From Escherichia coli (GTDB lineage: Bacteria > Pseudomonadota > Gammaproteobacteria > Enterobacterales > Enterobacteriaceae), in assembly GCF_036507355.1 (NCBI RefSeq), contig NZ_AP027877.1: a stretch of DNA of 64,000 bases. One strand, written 5' to 3'. Position 1 is the stretch's first letter. Each line of letters begins with the position of its first letter. The notes below the pieces were generated by a model. The model was not told the DNA's origin. It worked only from the letters and a program-made list of their open reading frames with translations, and made no database searches. Made by a program: the position numbers and the translations under genes. Positions 33,525 to 43,876 of this stretch are shown here, piece by piece.

Positions 33525-34097
33525 ATGAGTGGATTACGTCCGGCATTATCGACATTTATCTTTCTGTTATTGATTACTGGCGGCGTTTACCCGCTGCTGA
33601 CCACTGTGCTGGGGCAATGGTGGTTTCCCTGGCAGGCCAATGGTTCGTTGATTCGTGAAGGTGATACGGTGCGCGGTTCGGCATTAATCGGGCAGAATTT
33701 TACCGGCAACGGCTATTTTCAGGGTCGCCCGTCGGCAACGGCAGAAATGCCCTATAATCCACAGGCTTCTGGCGGGAGCAATCTGGCAGTCAGTAACCCT
33801 GAGCTGAATAAACTAATAGCCGCACGCGTTGCTGCATTACGGGCCACTAACCCGGATGCCAGCGCGAACGTTCCGGTTGAACTGGTGACGGCGTCGGCAA
33901 GCGGGCTGGACAATAACATCACCCCGCAAGCGGCGGCCTGGCAGATCCCACGCGTAGCGAAAGCGCGTAATCTCAGCGTTGAACAGCTCACGCAACTGAT
34001 CGCAAAATACAGCCAACAACCGCTGGTGAAATATATCGGCCAGCCGGTCGTCAACATTGTCGAACTCAATCTGGCGCTGGATAAACTTGATGAATAA
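33525..34097 (+). CDS. kdpC: K+-transporting ATPase subunit C
   Basis: Start placed at [41 protein letters not shown] (190 aa) inside track ORF 33501..34097. Confidence 0.93.
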   Translation: MSGLRPALSTFIFLLLITGGVYPLLTTVLGQWWFPWQANGSLIREGDTVRGSALIGQNFTGNGYFQGRPSATAEMPYNPQASGGSNLAVSNPELNKLIAARVAALRATNPDASANVPVELVTASASGLDNNITPQAAAWQIPRVAKARNLSVEQLTQLIAKYSQQPLVKYIGQPVVNIVELNLALDKLDE

Positions 34098-36774
34098 CGA
34101 ACCCTTACGTCCCGACCCCGATCGTCTGCTGGAACAAACTGCCGCGCCGCATCGGGGGAAGCTGAAAGTTTTCTTCGGTGCCTGCGCAGGCGTCGGGAAG
34201 ACCTGGGCGATGCTGGCAGAAGCCCAGCGACTGCGGGCGCAAGGGCTGGATATTGTGGTTGGCGTGGTAGAAACCCACGGGCGGAAAGATACCGCCGCCA
34301 TGCTGGAAGGGCTGGCTGTTCTGCCGCCAAAACGCCTGGCGTACCGTGGGCGGCACATCAGCGAGTTTGATCTCGATGCCGCCCTCGCCCGCCGTCCGGC
34401 GCTGATCTTAATGGACGAACTGGCGCACAGTAATGCGCCAGGTTCTCGTCATCCTAAACGCTGGCAGGATATCGAAGAACTGCTGGAAGCTGGCATTGAT
34501 GTTTTCACAACCGTCAACGTTCAGCATCTGGAAAGTCTGAATGATGTGGTCAGCGGCGTCACCGGAATTCAGGTACGGGAAACCGTGCCCGATCCTTTTT
34601 TCGATGCCGCCGACGACGTGGTGCTGGTGGACTTGCCCCCGGACGATCTGCGCCAGCGGCTGAAAGAAGGCAAAGTCTATATTGCCGGGCAGGCGGAGCG
34701 CGCCATTGAACATTTTTTCCGCAAAGGCAATCTGATCGCCCTGCGCGAACTGGCACTGCGCCGTACTGCCGATCGCGTTGATGAGCAAATGCGCGCCTGG
34801 CGGGGGCATCCTGGCGAAGAGAAAGTGTGGCACACGCGCGACGCGATCCTTTTATGCATCGGGCATAACACCGGCAGTGAGAAACTGGTCCGCGCGGCGG
34901 CGCGGCTGGCGTCGCGGCTGGGTAGCGTCTGGCACGCGGTGTATGTTGAAACCCCTGCCCTGCATCGCTTACCGGAGAAAAAACGTCGGGCAATTCTCAG
35001 CGCCTTACGTCTGGCGCAGGAGCTGGGCGCGGAGACGGCAACACTTTCTGATCCAGCGGAAGAGAAAGCGGTAGTGCGTTATGCCCGTGAACATAATCTC
35101 GGCAAGATTATTCTCGGTCGCCCAGCCTCGCGCCGCTGGTGGCGTCGGGAAACGTTTGCTGACCGACTGGCGCGCATCGCCCCCGATCTCGATCAGGTGC
35201 TGGTCGCGCTTGATGAACCACCCGCCCGCACGATTAACAACGCGCCGGATAGCCGCTCTTTTAAAGACAAGTGGCGGGTACAGATTCAGGGATGCGTGGT
35301 TGCCGCCGCGTTATGCGCCGTTATCACCTTAATTGCCATGCAGTGGCTGATGGCGTTTGATGCCGCCAATCTGGTGATGCTGTATCTGCTTGGCGTGGTG
35401 GTGGTGGCGCTATTTTATGGACGCTGGCCTTCGGTGGTTGCCACCGTCATTAATGTGGTGAGTTTCGATCTCTTTTTTATCGCCCCACGCGGCACGCTCG
35501 CCGTCTCTGATGTGCAATATCTGCTGACCTTCGCGGTGATGTTAACCGTCGGGCTGGTGATCGGGAACCTTACTGCTGGCGTGCGTTATCAGGCGCGGGT
35601 AGCCCGTTACCGCGAACAACGCACACGGCACTTATATGAAATGTCGAAAGCTCTGGCGGTGGGCCGCAGTCCGCAGGACATCGCCGCCACCAGCGAACAA
35701 TTTATTGCCTCCACGTTTCATGCCCGCAGCCAGGTATTGTTACCCGATGACAACGGTAAATTGCAGCCGTTAACGCATCCGCAAGGAATGACGCCGTGGG
35801 ACGATGCCATCGCGCAGTGGAGTTTTGATAAAGGCCTGCCTGCGGGTGCGGGCACCGACACGTTACCCGGCGTGCCATACCAGATTTTGCCGTTAAAAAG
35901 CGGTGAGAAAACTTACGGGCTGGTGGTGGTGGAACCGGGGAATCTGCGCCAGTTGATGATCCCGGAACAGCAGCGCCTGCTGGAGACGTTTACGCTGTTA
36001 GTCGCCAATGCCCTTGAGCGGCTGACGCTGACCGCCAGCGAAGAACAGGCGCGGATGGCAAGTGAACGTGAACAGATCCGCAACGCTCTGCTGGCGGCGC
36101 TTTCGCACGATTTACGCACTCCGCTCACGGTGTTGTTCGGTCAGGCAGAAATCTTAACGCTCGATCTGGCAAGCGAAGGATCGCCCCACGCCCGCCAGGC
36201 CAGCGAGATTCGTCAGCATGTGCTGAACACTACCCGACTGGTGAATAATCTACTGGATATGGCGCGAATTCAGTCCGGCGGCTTTAATTTGAAGAAAGAG
36301 TGGTTAACGCTGGAAGAAGTAGTCGGCAGCGCGCTGCAAATGCTGGAACCGGGTTTATCGTCGCCCATCAATCTTTCTCTGCCAGAACCGCTGACCTTAA
36401 TCCACGTTGACGGGCCACTCTTTGAACGGGTGCTGATTAATCTGCTGGAGAACGCGGTGAAATATGCGGGTGCGCAGGCCGAAATTGGTATCGATGCCCA
36501 CGTTGAGGGCGAAAATCTACAACTGGATGTCTGGGATAACGGCCCCGGCCTTCCGCCAGGCCAGGAGCAGACGATATTTGATAAGTTTGCTCGCGGGAAT
36601 AAAGAGTCGGCAGTACCGGGGGTAGGGCTTGGACTGGCAATTTGTCGGGCGATAGTGGATGTACACGGGGGCACTATTACCGCGTTCAACCGACCGGAAG
36701 GTGGTGCCTGTTTTCGTGTTACACTTCCCCAGCAAACTGCCCCTGAACTTGAAGAATTTCATGAGGATATGTGA
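34090..36774 (+). CDS. kdpD: Sensor histidine kinase KdpD
   Basis: Start placed at [42 protein letters not shown] (894 aa); overlaps kdpC by 8 nt; histidine kinase HDLRTPL motif present. Confidence 0.95.
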   Translation: MNNEPLRPDPDRLLEQTAAPHRGKLKVFFGACAGVGKTWAMLAEAQRLRAQGLDIVVGVVETHGRKDTAAMLEGLAVLPPKRLAYRGRHISEFDLDAALARRPALILMDELAHSNAPGSRHPKRWQDIEELLEAGIDVFTTVNVQHLESLNDVVSGVTGIQVRETVPDPFFDAADDVVLVDLPPDDLRQRLKEGKVYIAGQAERAIEHFFRKGNLIALRELALRRTADRVDEQMRAWRGHPGEEKVWHTRDAILLCIGHNTGSEKLVRAAARLASRLGSVWHAVYVETPALHRLPEKKRRAILSALRLAQELGAETATLSDPAEEKAVVRYAREHNLGKIILGRPASRRWWRRETFADRLARIAPDLDQVLVALDEPPARTINNAPDSRSFKDKWRVQIQGCVVAAALCAVITLIAMQWLMAFDAANLVMLYLLGVVVVALFYGRWPSVVATVINVVSFDLFFIAPRGTLAVSDVQYLLTFAVMLTVGLVIGNLTAGVRYQARVARYREQRTRHLYEMSKALAVGRSPQDIAATSEQFIASTFHARSQVLLPDDNGKLQPLTHPQGMTPWDDAIAQWSFDKGLPAGAGTDTLPGVPYQILPLKSGEKTYGLVVVEPGNLRQLMIPEQQRLLETFTLLVANALERLTLTASEEQARMASEREQIRNALLAALSHDLRTPLTVLFGQAEILTLDLASEGSPHARQASEIRQHVLNTTRLVNNLLDMARIQSGGFNLKKEWLTLEEVVGSALQMLEPGLSSPINLSLPEPLTLIHVDGPLFERVLINLLENAVKYAGAQAEIGIDAHVEGENLQLDVWDNGPGLPPGQEQTIFDKFARGNKESAVPGVGLGLAICRAIVDVHGGTITAFNRPEGGACFRVTLPQQTAPELEEFHEDM

Positions 36775-37448
36775 CAAACGTTCTGATTGTTGAAGATGAA
36801 CAAGCTATTCGTCGCTTTCTGCGCACGGCGCTGGAGGGCGACGGTATGCGCGTCTTTGAGGCCGAAACGCTGCAACGCGGCTTGCTGGAAGCGGCAACCC
36901 GTAAGCCAGATTTGATTATTCTCGATCTCGGCCTGCCCGATGGTGATGGGATTGAGTTTATCCGCGACCTGCGCCAGTGGAGCGCGGTGCCGGTGATAGT
37001 GCTTTCCGCACGCAGCGAAGAGAGCGACAAAATCGCCGCGCTGGATGCCGGAGCGGATGATTATCTGAGTAAGCCGTTTGGCATTGGCGAATTGCAGGCC
37101 CGTCTGCGCGTCGCATTACGCCGCCATTCAGCCACTGCCGCGCCCGATCCGCTGGTGAAATTTTCCGATGTGACCGTCGATTTAGCCGCCCGCGTGATCC
37201 ATCGGGGCGAGGAAGAGGTGCATCTCACGCCGATTGAGTTCCGCCTGCTGGCGGTGCTGCTCAACAATACCGGAAAAGTGCTCACCCAGCGCCAGCTCCT
37301 TAACCAGGTGTGGGGGCCAAACGCGGTCGAACACAGTCATTATTTGCGTATTTATATGGGGCATCTGCGACAAAAACTGGAGCAGGATCCCGCCCGCCCC
37401 CGCCATTTCATTACCGAAACCGGTATTGGGTATCGGTTTATGCTTTAG
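36771..37448 (+). CDS. kdpE: Response regulator KdpE (OmpR family)
   Basis: 225-aa ORF (GTG start overlapping the kdpD stop) [39 protein letters not shown]...ITETGIGYRFML. Confidence 0.95.
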   Translation: MTNVLIVEDEQAIRRFLRTALEGDGMRVFEAETLQRGLLEAATRKPDLIILDLGLPDGDGIEFIRDLRQWSAVPVIVLSARSEESDKIAALDAGADDYLSKPFGIGELQARLRVALRRHSATAAPDPLVKFSDVTVDLAARVIHRGEEEVHLTPIEFRLLAVLLNNTGKVLTQRQLLNQVWGPNAVEHSHYLRIYMGHLRQKLEQDPARPRHFITETGIGYRFML

Positions 37449-37740
37449 GGGTTGAAATGCCGGATGCGGCGTAAACGCCTTATCCAGCCTACTCATCGTC
37501 CCGTAGGCATGATAAGACGCGTCAGCGTCGCATCAGGCATGGCTCTGTGAATAACGTCGGCAAAAACTGGAAAAAGACCCCGCCCTCGCCATTTTATTAC
37601 CGAAACCGGTATTGGGTATCGGTTTATGCTTTAGGGGCTGACTTGCCGGATGCGGCGTGAACGCCTTATCCAGCCTACTCATCGTCCCGTAGGCATGATA
37701 AGACGCGTCAGCGTCGCATCAGGCATTGGCACTCATGGCT
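37449..37740. repeat. REP/BIME cluster containing an imperfect tandem duplication of the kdpE 3' end
   Basis: Segment 37371-37542 recurs at 37561-37728 at roughly 90% identity, including REP units gccggatgcggcgtaaacgccttatccagcctac and gtaggcatgataagacgcgtcagcgtcgcatcaggca. Confidence 0.7.
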
Positions 37741-37747
37741 AAATATT

Positions 37748-38242
37748 TTAATGTGTATTTATCGCTTTCAACTCTTGCTGGCATTTTTCTGACTGGCAGC
37801 GTCGCAACTCAATAATCCCGACATGCATCATCGAGCCAATAAAGCCGCTTTCGCTGACATAATCCTCATTAACTATCGGTCGAGTGCCGGGCTTGCCCTG
37901 GCAAACCAGCATAAAAAATGAGGTGTAGCACTGCCAGCCGGGATTTAAACCGGCTTTTTCTTGTGCTGACATATCGTGAAGATAAATAAGTTCTTTTTCG
38001 TTCCCGCCTGACAACTGCCAGCGGCGGGTATTATCAGGTAAGTTATCGCTACAACAATTTGTCTTACACCGGGAAGGCGCAATATTTACCGCAATGCTAC
38101 CCTTTAACCCTCTGGTTTTATCTTTAGGGGTCAGTAACCAGTCGCCAGCTAATGATGATTGTTCAGGTTGGGCACATGCAGTCAGCAGTAGTGTGGCGGC
38201 AATGAATGTTACTCTTACGACCAGACTCCTTTTGGTCTTCAT
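37748..38242 (-). CDS. ybfP: Putative lipoprotein
   Basis: 164-aa ORF MKTKRSLVVRVTFIAATLLLTACAQPEQSS... with lipobox LLTAC; position next to pgm as in K-12. Confidence 0.75.
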   Translation of the reverse strand: MKTKRSLVVRVTFIAATLLLTACAQPEQSSLAGDWLLTPKDKTRGLKGSIAVNIAPSRCKTNCCSDNLPDNTRRWQLSGGNEKELIYLHDMSAQEKAGLNPGWQCYTSFFMLVCQGKPGTRPIVNEDYVSESGFIGSMMHVGIIELRRCQSEKCQQELKAINTH

Positions 38243-38292
38243 TTTGAATTCCCTTGAGCTATTCAGTTTGTTGGCAAAGTGCGCGTTGTTTT

Positions 38293-38333
<41 letters not shown>

Positions 38334-38371
38334 ATGCAAATTCAATATATTGCACCATCAGGCAGTCATAC

Positions 38372-38406
38372 GTAAAAAAGGGCGATCTTCCGACCGCCCT
38401 TTTTCT
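38372..38406 (-). terminator. Rho-independent terminator downstream of pgm
   Basis: On the minus strand: agggcggtcggaagatcgccct stem followed by a T run; also T-rich on the plus side. Confidence 0.7.
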
Positions 38407-38418
38407 TATTTAATGTGT

Positions 38419-40059
38419 TTACGCGTTTTTCAGAACTTCGCTAACAATCTCAACCGCTTCTTTCTCAATCTGCTTGCGATGTTCTTCACCGAGGAAGCTT
38501 TCGCAGTAGATCTTATATGCGTCTTCCGTGCCTGACGGACGCGCGGCGAACCAGCCGTTGTCAGTCATCACTTTCAGACCGCCAATAGAAGCACCGTTGC
38601 CCGGAGCAGCAGTCAGGCGCGCGGTGATCGGGTCACCTGCCAGGGTGCTGGCGCTCACCATTTCCGGAGACAGCTTAGACAGCGCCGCTTTTTGTGCGGA
38701 AGTCGCAGCTGCCTGCAAACGGTTGTAGCTCGGCGCACCAAAGCGTTTTGCCAGTTCGTTGTAGTGTTCCTGCGGGTTCTTACCGGTGACAGCGGTGATT
38801 TCCGCCGCCAGCAGACACATGATGATGCCGTCTTTGTCGGTGGACCACGGCGTGCCGTCGAAACGCAGGAAGGAAGCCCCTGCGCTCTCTTCGCCGCCAA
38901 AGCCGAAGCTGCCGTCGAACAGACCATCAACAAACCATTTGAAACCTACCGGGACTTCTACCAGCTTACGACCCAAGTCATTGACCACACGGTCGATCAT
39001 CGCAGAAGAAACCAGCGTTTTACCAACGGCAACATCTTTGCCCCACTGCGGACGATGCTGGAACAGGTAATTGATCGCCACCGCCAGGTAGTGGTTCGGA
39101 TTCATCAAACCTGCCGGAGTGACGATACCGTGACGGTCATAATCCGGGTCGTTAGCAAAAGCCAGATCGAACTTATCACGCAGTGCCAGCAGGCCCGCCA
39201 TCGCACACTCGGAGGAGCAGTCCATACGGATCGCGCCGTCTTTATCAAGGTGCATAAAGCGGAAGGTTTGATCGACCTGATTGTTAACGATGGTCAGGTT
39301 GAGGTTGTAATACTCGCCAATACGCTTCCAGTATTCGATACCGGAACCGCCCAGCGGATCAACGCCAAGCGTCAGGCCCGCTTTCTGAATCGCCGCCATA
39401 TCAACGATATCGGCCAGCCCTTCCACGAACGGCTGCACCAGATCCTGCTCTTTCACATGACCGGATGCCATCGCTTCGTCGAGGGAGATACGCTTCACGC
39501 CTTTCAGGCCATCGGCCAGCAGTGCGTTGGCTCTGTCTTCCACCACTTTAGTGACGTTGGTATCTGCCGGGCCACCATTTGGCGGATTGTATTTGATTCC
39601 ACCATCTTCCGGCGGGTTATGGGACGGTGTAATCACGATACCGTCTGCCAGCGGGCCACCTTTTTTATTGTGAACCAGGATGGCATTGGAAACGGCAGGC
39701 GTCGGGGTGAAGCCATTGTTTTCCTGCACAATAACATCTACGCCGTTCGCTGCCAGCACTTCCAGAACGGAAATAAATGCAGGTTCGGACAGGGCGTGAG
39801 TATCTTTACCCACATAGCAAGGGCCAGTGATGCCGTTTTTCGCACGTTCTTCAGCAATTGCCTGAGCGATCGCCAGAATGTGCGGCTCGTTAAAGCTGTG
39901 GCGCGCTGCACTGCCACGGTGACCGGAAGTACCGAATTTCACCGCGTGCTCCGCATTCCCTGCTTCTGGTTTCAGTACATAATATTGCGCCGTCAGTTGG
40001 GCGACGTTAATCAAATCACTCTGTTGTGCAGGTTGGCCTGCACGATTGTGGATTGCCAT
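38419..40059 (-). CDS. pgm: Phosphoglucomutase
   Basis: Start placed at [49 protein letters not shown] (546 aa) inside track ORF 38419..40110; phosphoserine loop TPSHNP present. Confidence 0.96.
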   Translation of the reverse strand: MAIHNRAGQPAQQSDLINVAQLTAQYYVLKPEAGNAEHAVKFGTSGHRGSAARHSFNEPHILAIAQAIAEERAKNGITGPCYVGKDTHALSEPAFISVLEVLAANGVDVIVQENNGFTPTPAVSNAILVHNKKGGPLADGIVITPSHNPPEDGGIKYNPPNGGPADTNVTKVVEDRANALLADGLKGVKRISLDEAMASGHVKEQDLVQPFVEGLADIVDMAAIQKAGLTLGVDPLGGSGIEYWKRIGEYYNLNLTIVNNQVDQTFRFMHLDKDGAIRMDCSSECAMAGLLALRDKFDLAFANDPDYDRHGIVTPAGLMNPNHYLAVAINYLFQHRPQWGKDVAVGKTLVSSAMIDRVVNDLGRKLVEVPVGFKWFVDGLFDGSFGFGGEESAGASFLRFDGTPWSTDKDGIIMCLLAAEITAVTGKNPQEHYNELAKRFGAPSYNRLQAAATSAQKAALSKLSPEMVSASTLAGDPITARLTAAPGNGASIGGLKVMTDNGWFAARPSGTEDAYKIYCESFLGEEHRKQIEKEAVEIVSEVLKNA

Positions 40060-40084
40060 TGCTTTGTCCTTTGTCTGCAACGTT

Positions 40085-40630
40085 TTAGATAGTTCCGCAA
40101 ACCTTCTCAATCAATTCCGCCGGGAATTGCATCGACTGCATGATGTGTTCGATCATGCTGCATTTACGGCCGGTGTTGGTGTTGGTGATCACCCAATACG
40201 GCGTGCCTGGCACATGTTTCGGCTTGGTCTGATTACCATTTTTCAGCAGCGTTTGTTCATCTGCCGCAAAGTAAACGCGTGTACGACCGTGCAACGATTC
40301 CGTTGCTTCGGCAAACGCCTGGGCGTCAAGAGAATATAGTGTAGACAACAGCAGCATAAAGCGATTGACCGCTCGCTTTTGCTCTGCGTATTCATCCGAA
40401 AGCAGAAGTTCACGCATTGCGCGAACCTTGTCTTTAATCGTTTTGACCGGCTTCGCTTCGACGATAGCAGGTGACGCAACGCGAACCTCTTTCGTCACCG
40501 GAGCAGCAGGCTGTGATGCGGCGGAAAATTTCAACATACGCCGTAAAATGTCGGATGCGCTCTCGCCGATATGCTTAGTGTGGCTGGCAATATAGCTGTA
40601 GAGTTCATCATCAACTTCAATCGTTTTCAT
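40085..40630 (-). CDS. seqA: Negative modulator of replication initiation, binds hemimethylated GATC
   Basis: Start placed at [35 protein letters not shown] (181 aa) inside track ORF 40085..40765. Confidence 0.95.
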
Positions 40631-40814
40631 CTTAATCCAGTGCAGTGTCTTAGCTGAATACAAGTCGCCAGGAGTATATGAATAAATCCCGGCAGCGGAT
40701 AGCGTCAAGCCTGGCTTGCAGAAAAACTCGGAATAAACCTTATTTGTTGCAGCCCTGTGGCACAATGGTCAACATAATACCCTAACCCGACAACGCGAAA
40801 AAAAGAACTTTGCC

Positions 40815-41579
40815 ATGAAATTGAATATCCGCGCGCAAACTGCACAAAACCAGCACAATAATTCTCCCATCGTTCTTGTCCATGGTCTGTTTGGCAGCCT
40901 CGACAACCTTGGCGTACTGGCTCGCGATCTGGTAAACGATCACAATACCATCCAGGTTGATATGCGTAACCACGGTCTTTCACCGAGAGATCCGGTAATG
41001 AATTACCCGACGATGGCGCAGGATCTTGTTGATACCCTGGATGCACTGCAGATCGACAAAGCAACATTTATCGGTCACTCCATGGGCGGTAAAGCGGTAA
41101 TGGCACTTACTGCACTGGCCCCCGATCGCATCGATAAACTGGTGGCGATCGATATCGCACCGGTCGACTATCACGTACGCCGTCATGATGAGATTTTCGC
41201 GGCTATCAACGCGGTCAGTGAATCGGACGCACAAACTCGCCAGCAAGCAGCAGCAATAATGCGCCAGCATCTTAATGAAGAAGGGGTGATTCAGTTTCTG
41301 TTGAAATCTTTTGTTGACGGGGAGTGGCGCTTTAACGTGCCGGTATTGTGGGATCAGTATCCGCATATTGTGGGTTGGGAGAAAATCCCGGCATGGGATC
41401 ACCCTGCCCTGTTTATCCCTGGTAGTAATTCTCCGTATGTTAGCGAGCAGTACCGTGATGATTTACTGGCACAATTTCCACAGGCACGGGCGCATGTGAT
41501 TGCAGGCGCGGGTCACTGGGTCCATGCTGAAAAACCGGATGCGGTATTACGCGCTATCCGTCGCTATCTCAATGATTAA
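40815..41579 (+). CDS. ybfF: Alpha/beta-hydrolase esterase
   Basis: 254-aa ORF MKLNIRAQTAQNQHNNSPIVLVHGLFGSLDNLGVLARDL... with GHSMGG nucleophile elbow. Confidence 0.93.
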   Translation: MKLNIRAQTAQNQHNNSPIVLVHGLFGSLDNLGVLARDLVNDHNTIQVDMRNHGLSPRDPVMNYPTMAQDLVDTLDALQIDKATFIGHSMGGKAVMALTALAPDRIDKLVAIDIAPVDYHVRRHDEIFAAINAVSESDAQTRQQAAAIMRQHLNEEGVIQFLLKSFVDGEWRFNVPVLWDQYPHIVGWEKIPAWDHPALFIPGSNSPYVSEQYRDDLLAQFPQARAHVIAGAGHWVHAEKPDAVLRAIRRYLND

Positions 41580-41582
41580 CGC

Positions 41583-41602
41583 AACTGATTAAAAACCCAG
41601 CG
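41583..41602 (+). promoter_or_regulatory. Candidate LexA box upstream of ybfE
   Basis: aaCTGattaaaaacCCAGcg fits the CTG-N10-CAG spacing with an AT-rich centre; ybfE is reported as SOS-regulated. Assignment is tentative. Confidence 0.4.
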
Positions 41603-41718
41603 TCCGCGTCGCTTTCCGCGCGTGGGCGTTGGCGTGACTCATCGCGCTGATGTATTATGGCGCGCTATCCATCCGGGCAGAGGCCTGGCTGATTGTTTCC
41701 CCCGAAGTCACCAAGATC

Positions 41719-42012
41719 ATGGCCAAAGAACAAACGGACCGTACGACATTAGATCTGTTCGCGCACGAGCGTCGACCGGGACGACCGAAAACAAATCCGC
41801 TTTCGCGCGATGAACAGCTGCGTATTAATAAACGCAACCAGCTAAAACGCGACAAAGTACGTGGCCTTAAGCGTGTCGAACTGAAGCTGAACGCGGAAGC
41901 TGTCGAGGCGCTGAACGAGCTGGCGGAATCGCGCAATATGAGCCGTAGCGAACTGATCGAAGAGATGTTAATGCAGCAACTGGCGGCGCTGCGTAGTCAG
42001 GGCATCGTTTAA
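41719..42012 (+). CDS. ybfE: LexA-regulated small protein (CopG/ribbon-helix-helix-like)
   Basis: Start placed at [47 protein letters not shown] (97 aa) inside track ORF 41650..42012. Confidence 0.8.
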   Translation: MAKEQTDRTTLDLFAHERRPGRPKTNPLSRDEQLRINKRNQLKRDKVRGLKRVELKLNAEAVEALNELAESRNMSRSELIEEMLMQQLAALRSQGIV

Positions 42013-42151
42013 ATTTCCACTTTCATGTAGCACAGTGTGCAGTCCTGCTCGTTTGCTGATTCCGCAAGACTGCCTGTTCTGCTATGATTGCCTTTATCCG
42101 TGGGCAATTTTCCACCCCCATTTCAATAAGTTTCAAGAGGTTATTTCACTC

Positions 42152-42682
42152 ATGGCTATCACTGGCATCTTTTTCGGCAGCGACACCGGTAATACCGAAA
42201 ATATCGCAAAAATGATTCAAAAACAGCTTGGTAAAGACGTTGCCGATGTCCATGACATTGCAAAAAGCAGCAAAGAAGATCTGGAAGCTTATGACATTCT
42301 GCTGCTGGGCATCCCAACCTGGTATTACGGCGAAGCGCAGTGTGACTGGGATGACTTCTTCCCGACTCTCGAAGAGATTGATTTCAATGGCAAACTGGTT
42401 GCGCTGTTTGGTTGTGGTGACCAGGAAGATTACGCCGAATATTTCTGCGACGCATTGGGCACCATCCGCGACATCATTGAACCGCGCGGTGCAACCATCG
42501 TTGGTCACTGGCCAACTGCGGGCTATCATTTCGAAGCATCAAAAGGTCTGGCAGATGACGACCACTTTGTCGGTCTGGCTATCGACGAAGACCGTCAGCC
42601 GGAACTGACCGCTGAACGTGTAGAAAAATGGGTTAAACAGATTTCTGAAGAGTTGCATCTCGACGAAATTCTCAATGCCTGA
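42152..42682 (+). CDS. fldA: Flavodoxin 1
   Basis: Start placed at [48 protein letters not shown] (176 aa) inside track ORF 42035..42682. Confidence 0.96.
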
Positions 42683-42887
42683 TGTGATGCGGCGTAGACT
42701 CATGTCTACGCCGTATTAATAGATAATGCCAATCAAAATAATTGCTACAAATTTGTAACTTTTGCTGTTGTACCTGTACAATGTTCCGGTGTTCAAGTGG
42801 CCTTGCCGTTGTAAATGTAAGCTGTGCCACGTTTTTATTAACAATATTTGCCAGGGACTTGTGGTTTTCATTTAGGCGTGGCAATTC

Positions 42888-42906
42888 TATAATGATACGC
42901 ATTATC
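42888..42906 (+). promoter_or_regulatory. Fur box (autoregulatory iron box) in the fur promoter region
   Basis: tATAATGATAcgCATTATC matches the GATAATGATAATCATTATC consensus at about 15 of 19 positions and overlaps a TATAAT hexamer. Confidence 0.65.
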
Positions 42907-42978
42907 TCAAGAGCAAATTCTGTCACTTCTTCTAATGAAGTGAACCGCTTAGTAACAGGACAGATTCCGCATGACTGA
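42892..42978 (+). CDS. uof: uof leader peptide (28 codons), translationally coupled to fur
   Basis: ATG at 42892 gives MIRIISRANSVTSSNEVNRLVTGQIPHD; its stop overlaps the fur start (ATGACTGA). Length matches the reported 28-codon uof. Confidence 0.6.
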   Translation: MIRIISRANSVTSSNEVNRLVTGQIPHD

Positions 42979-43417
42979 TAACAATACCGCCCTAAAGAAA
43001 GCTGGCCTGAAAGTAACGCTTCCACGTTTAAAAATCCTGGAAGTTCTTCAGGAGCCGGACAACCATCACGTCAGTGCGGAAGATTTATACAAACGTCTGA
43101 TCGATATGGGTGAAGAAATTGGTCTGGCTACGGTATATCGCGTACTGAACCAGTTTGACGACGCTGGTATCGTCACCCGCCACAATTTTGAAGGCGGTAA
43201 ATCCGTATTTGAACTGACACAGCAACATCACCACGATCACCTGATCTGCCTCGACTGCGGCAAGGTTATCGAATTTAGTGATGATTCCATCGAAGCGCGT
43301 CAGCGTGAAATTGCCGCAAAACATGGCATTCGCCTGACTAACCACAGTCTCTATCTTTACGGTCACTGTGCCGAAGGCGATTGCCGCGAAGATGAGCACG
43401 CGCACGAAGGCAAATAA
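42971..43417 (+). CDS. fur: Ferric uptake regulator
   Basis: 148-aa ORF MTDNNTALKKAGLKVTLPRLKILEVLQEPDNHHVSAEDLYKRLIDMGEEIGLATVYRVLNQFDDAGIVTRHNFEGG... Confidence 0.97.
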   Translation: MTDNNTALKKAGLKVTLPRLKILEVLQEPDNHHVSAEDLYKRLIDMGEEIGLATVYRVLNQFDDAGIVTRHNFEGGKSVFELTQQHHHDHLICLDCGKVIEFSDDSIEARQREIAAKHGIRLTNHSLYLYGHCAEGDCREDEHAHEGK

Positions 43418-43435
43418 GCCAGTCTGAACGAGAAA

Positions 43436-43461
43436 AGCCAACCTGCGGGTTGGCTTTTTTA
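43436..43461 (+). terminator. Rho-independent terminator downstream of fur
   Basis: agccaacc-tgcg-ggttggct stem followed by tttttt. Confidence 0.75.
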
Positions 43462-43500
43462 TGCAAGGGAAATAAGAAAAGCGAGAGTTACAGCTCTCAC

Positions 43501-43827
43501 TTATTTGTTATTACTGCGAATTTCCTGCCAGACCTTATCACAATCGGCTTTCACCGCCTGATCATTTCCGGTTTGCGTTGCACGCAGACACTGCTGATAA
43601 TCCAGTACGCGTACACTTTCCTGGTCGGCAAACTGCTGATGTTGTTTCTCTTTCTTCAGCACGTTTAACACGCTCTGGCAGGCTTCAATTTTTTCTGGCG
43701 AACCTTGTGCGGTGTTGATACAGGCGCTGTATGCCTCTTTCAGACGGCTGTCTTCCTGTGGCGCGGTTGATTGCGCACAAGCCACCAGCCCCGATGCCAT
43801 CATGGCGATGAGAATCAGTTTTTTCAT
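43501..43827 (-). CDS. chiQ: Lipoprotein encoded downstream of the chitoporin gene
   Basis: 108-aa ORF MKKLILIAMMASGLVACAQSTAPQEDSRLKEAYSACINTAQGSPEKIEACQ... with lipobox LVAC. Confidence 0.85.
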   Translation of the reverse strand: MKKLILIAMMASGLVACAQSTAPQEDSRLKEAYSACINTAQGSPEKIEACQSVLNVLKKEKQHQQFADQESVRVLDYQQCLRATQTGNDQAVKADCDKVWQEIRSNNK

Positions 43828-43876
43828 AGCAAATTCCTCAAACGTGCGGCAGGCACAAAACCTGCCGCGTCGGGCA

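Noticed and set aside
37449-37740. Possible CRISPR array suggested by repeated palindromic units here and at other junctions
   Set aside because: Units match the REP/BIME consensus, are irregularly spaced and oriented, and have no cas genes nearby.
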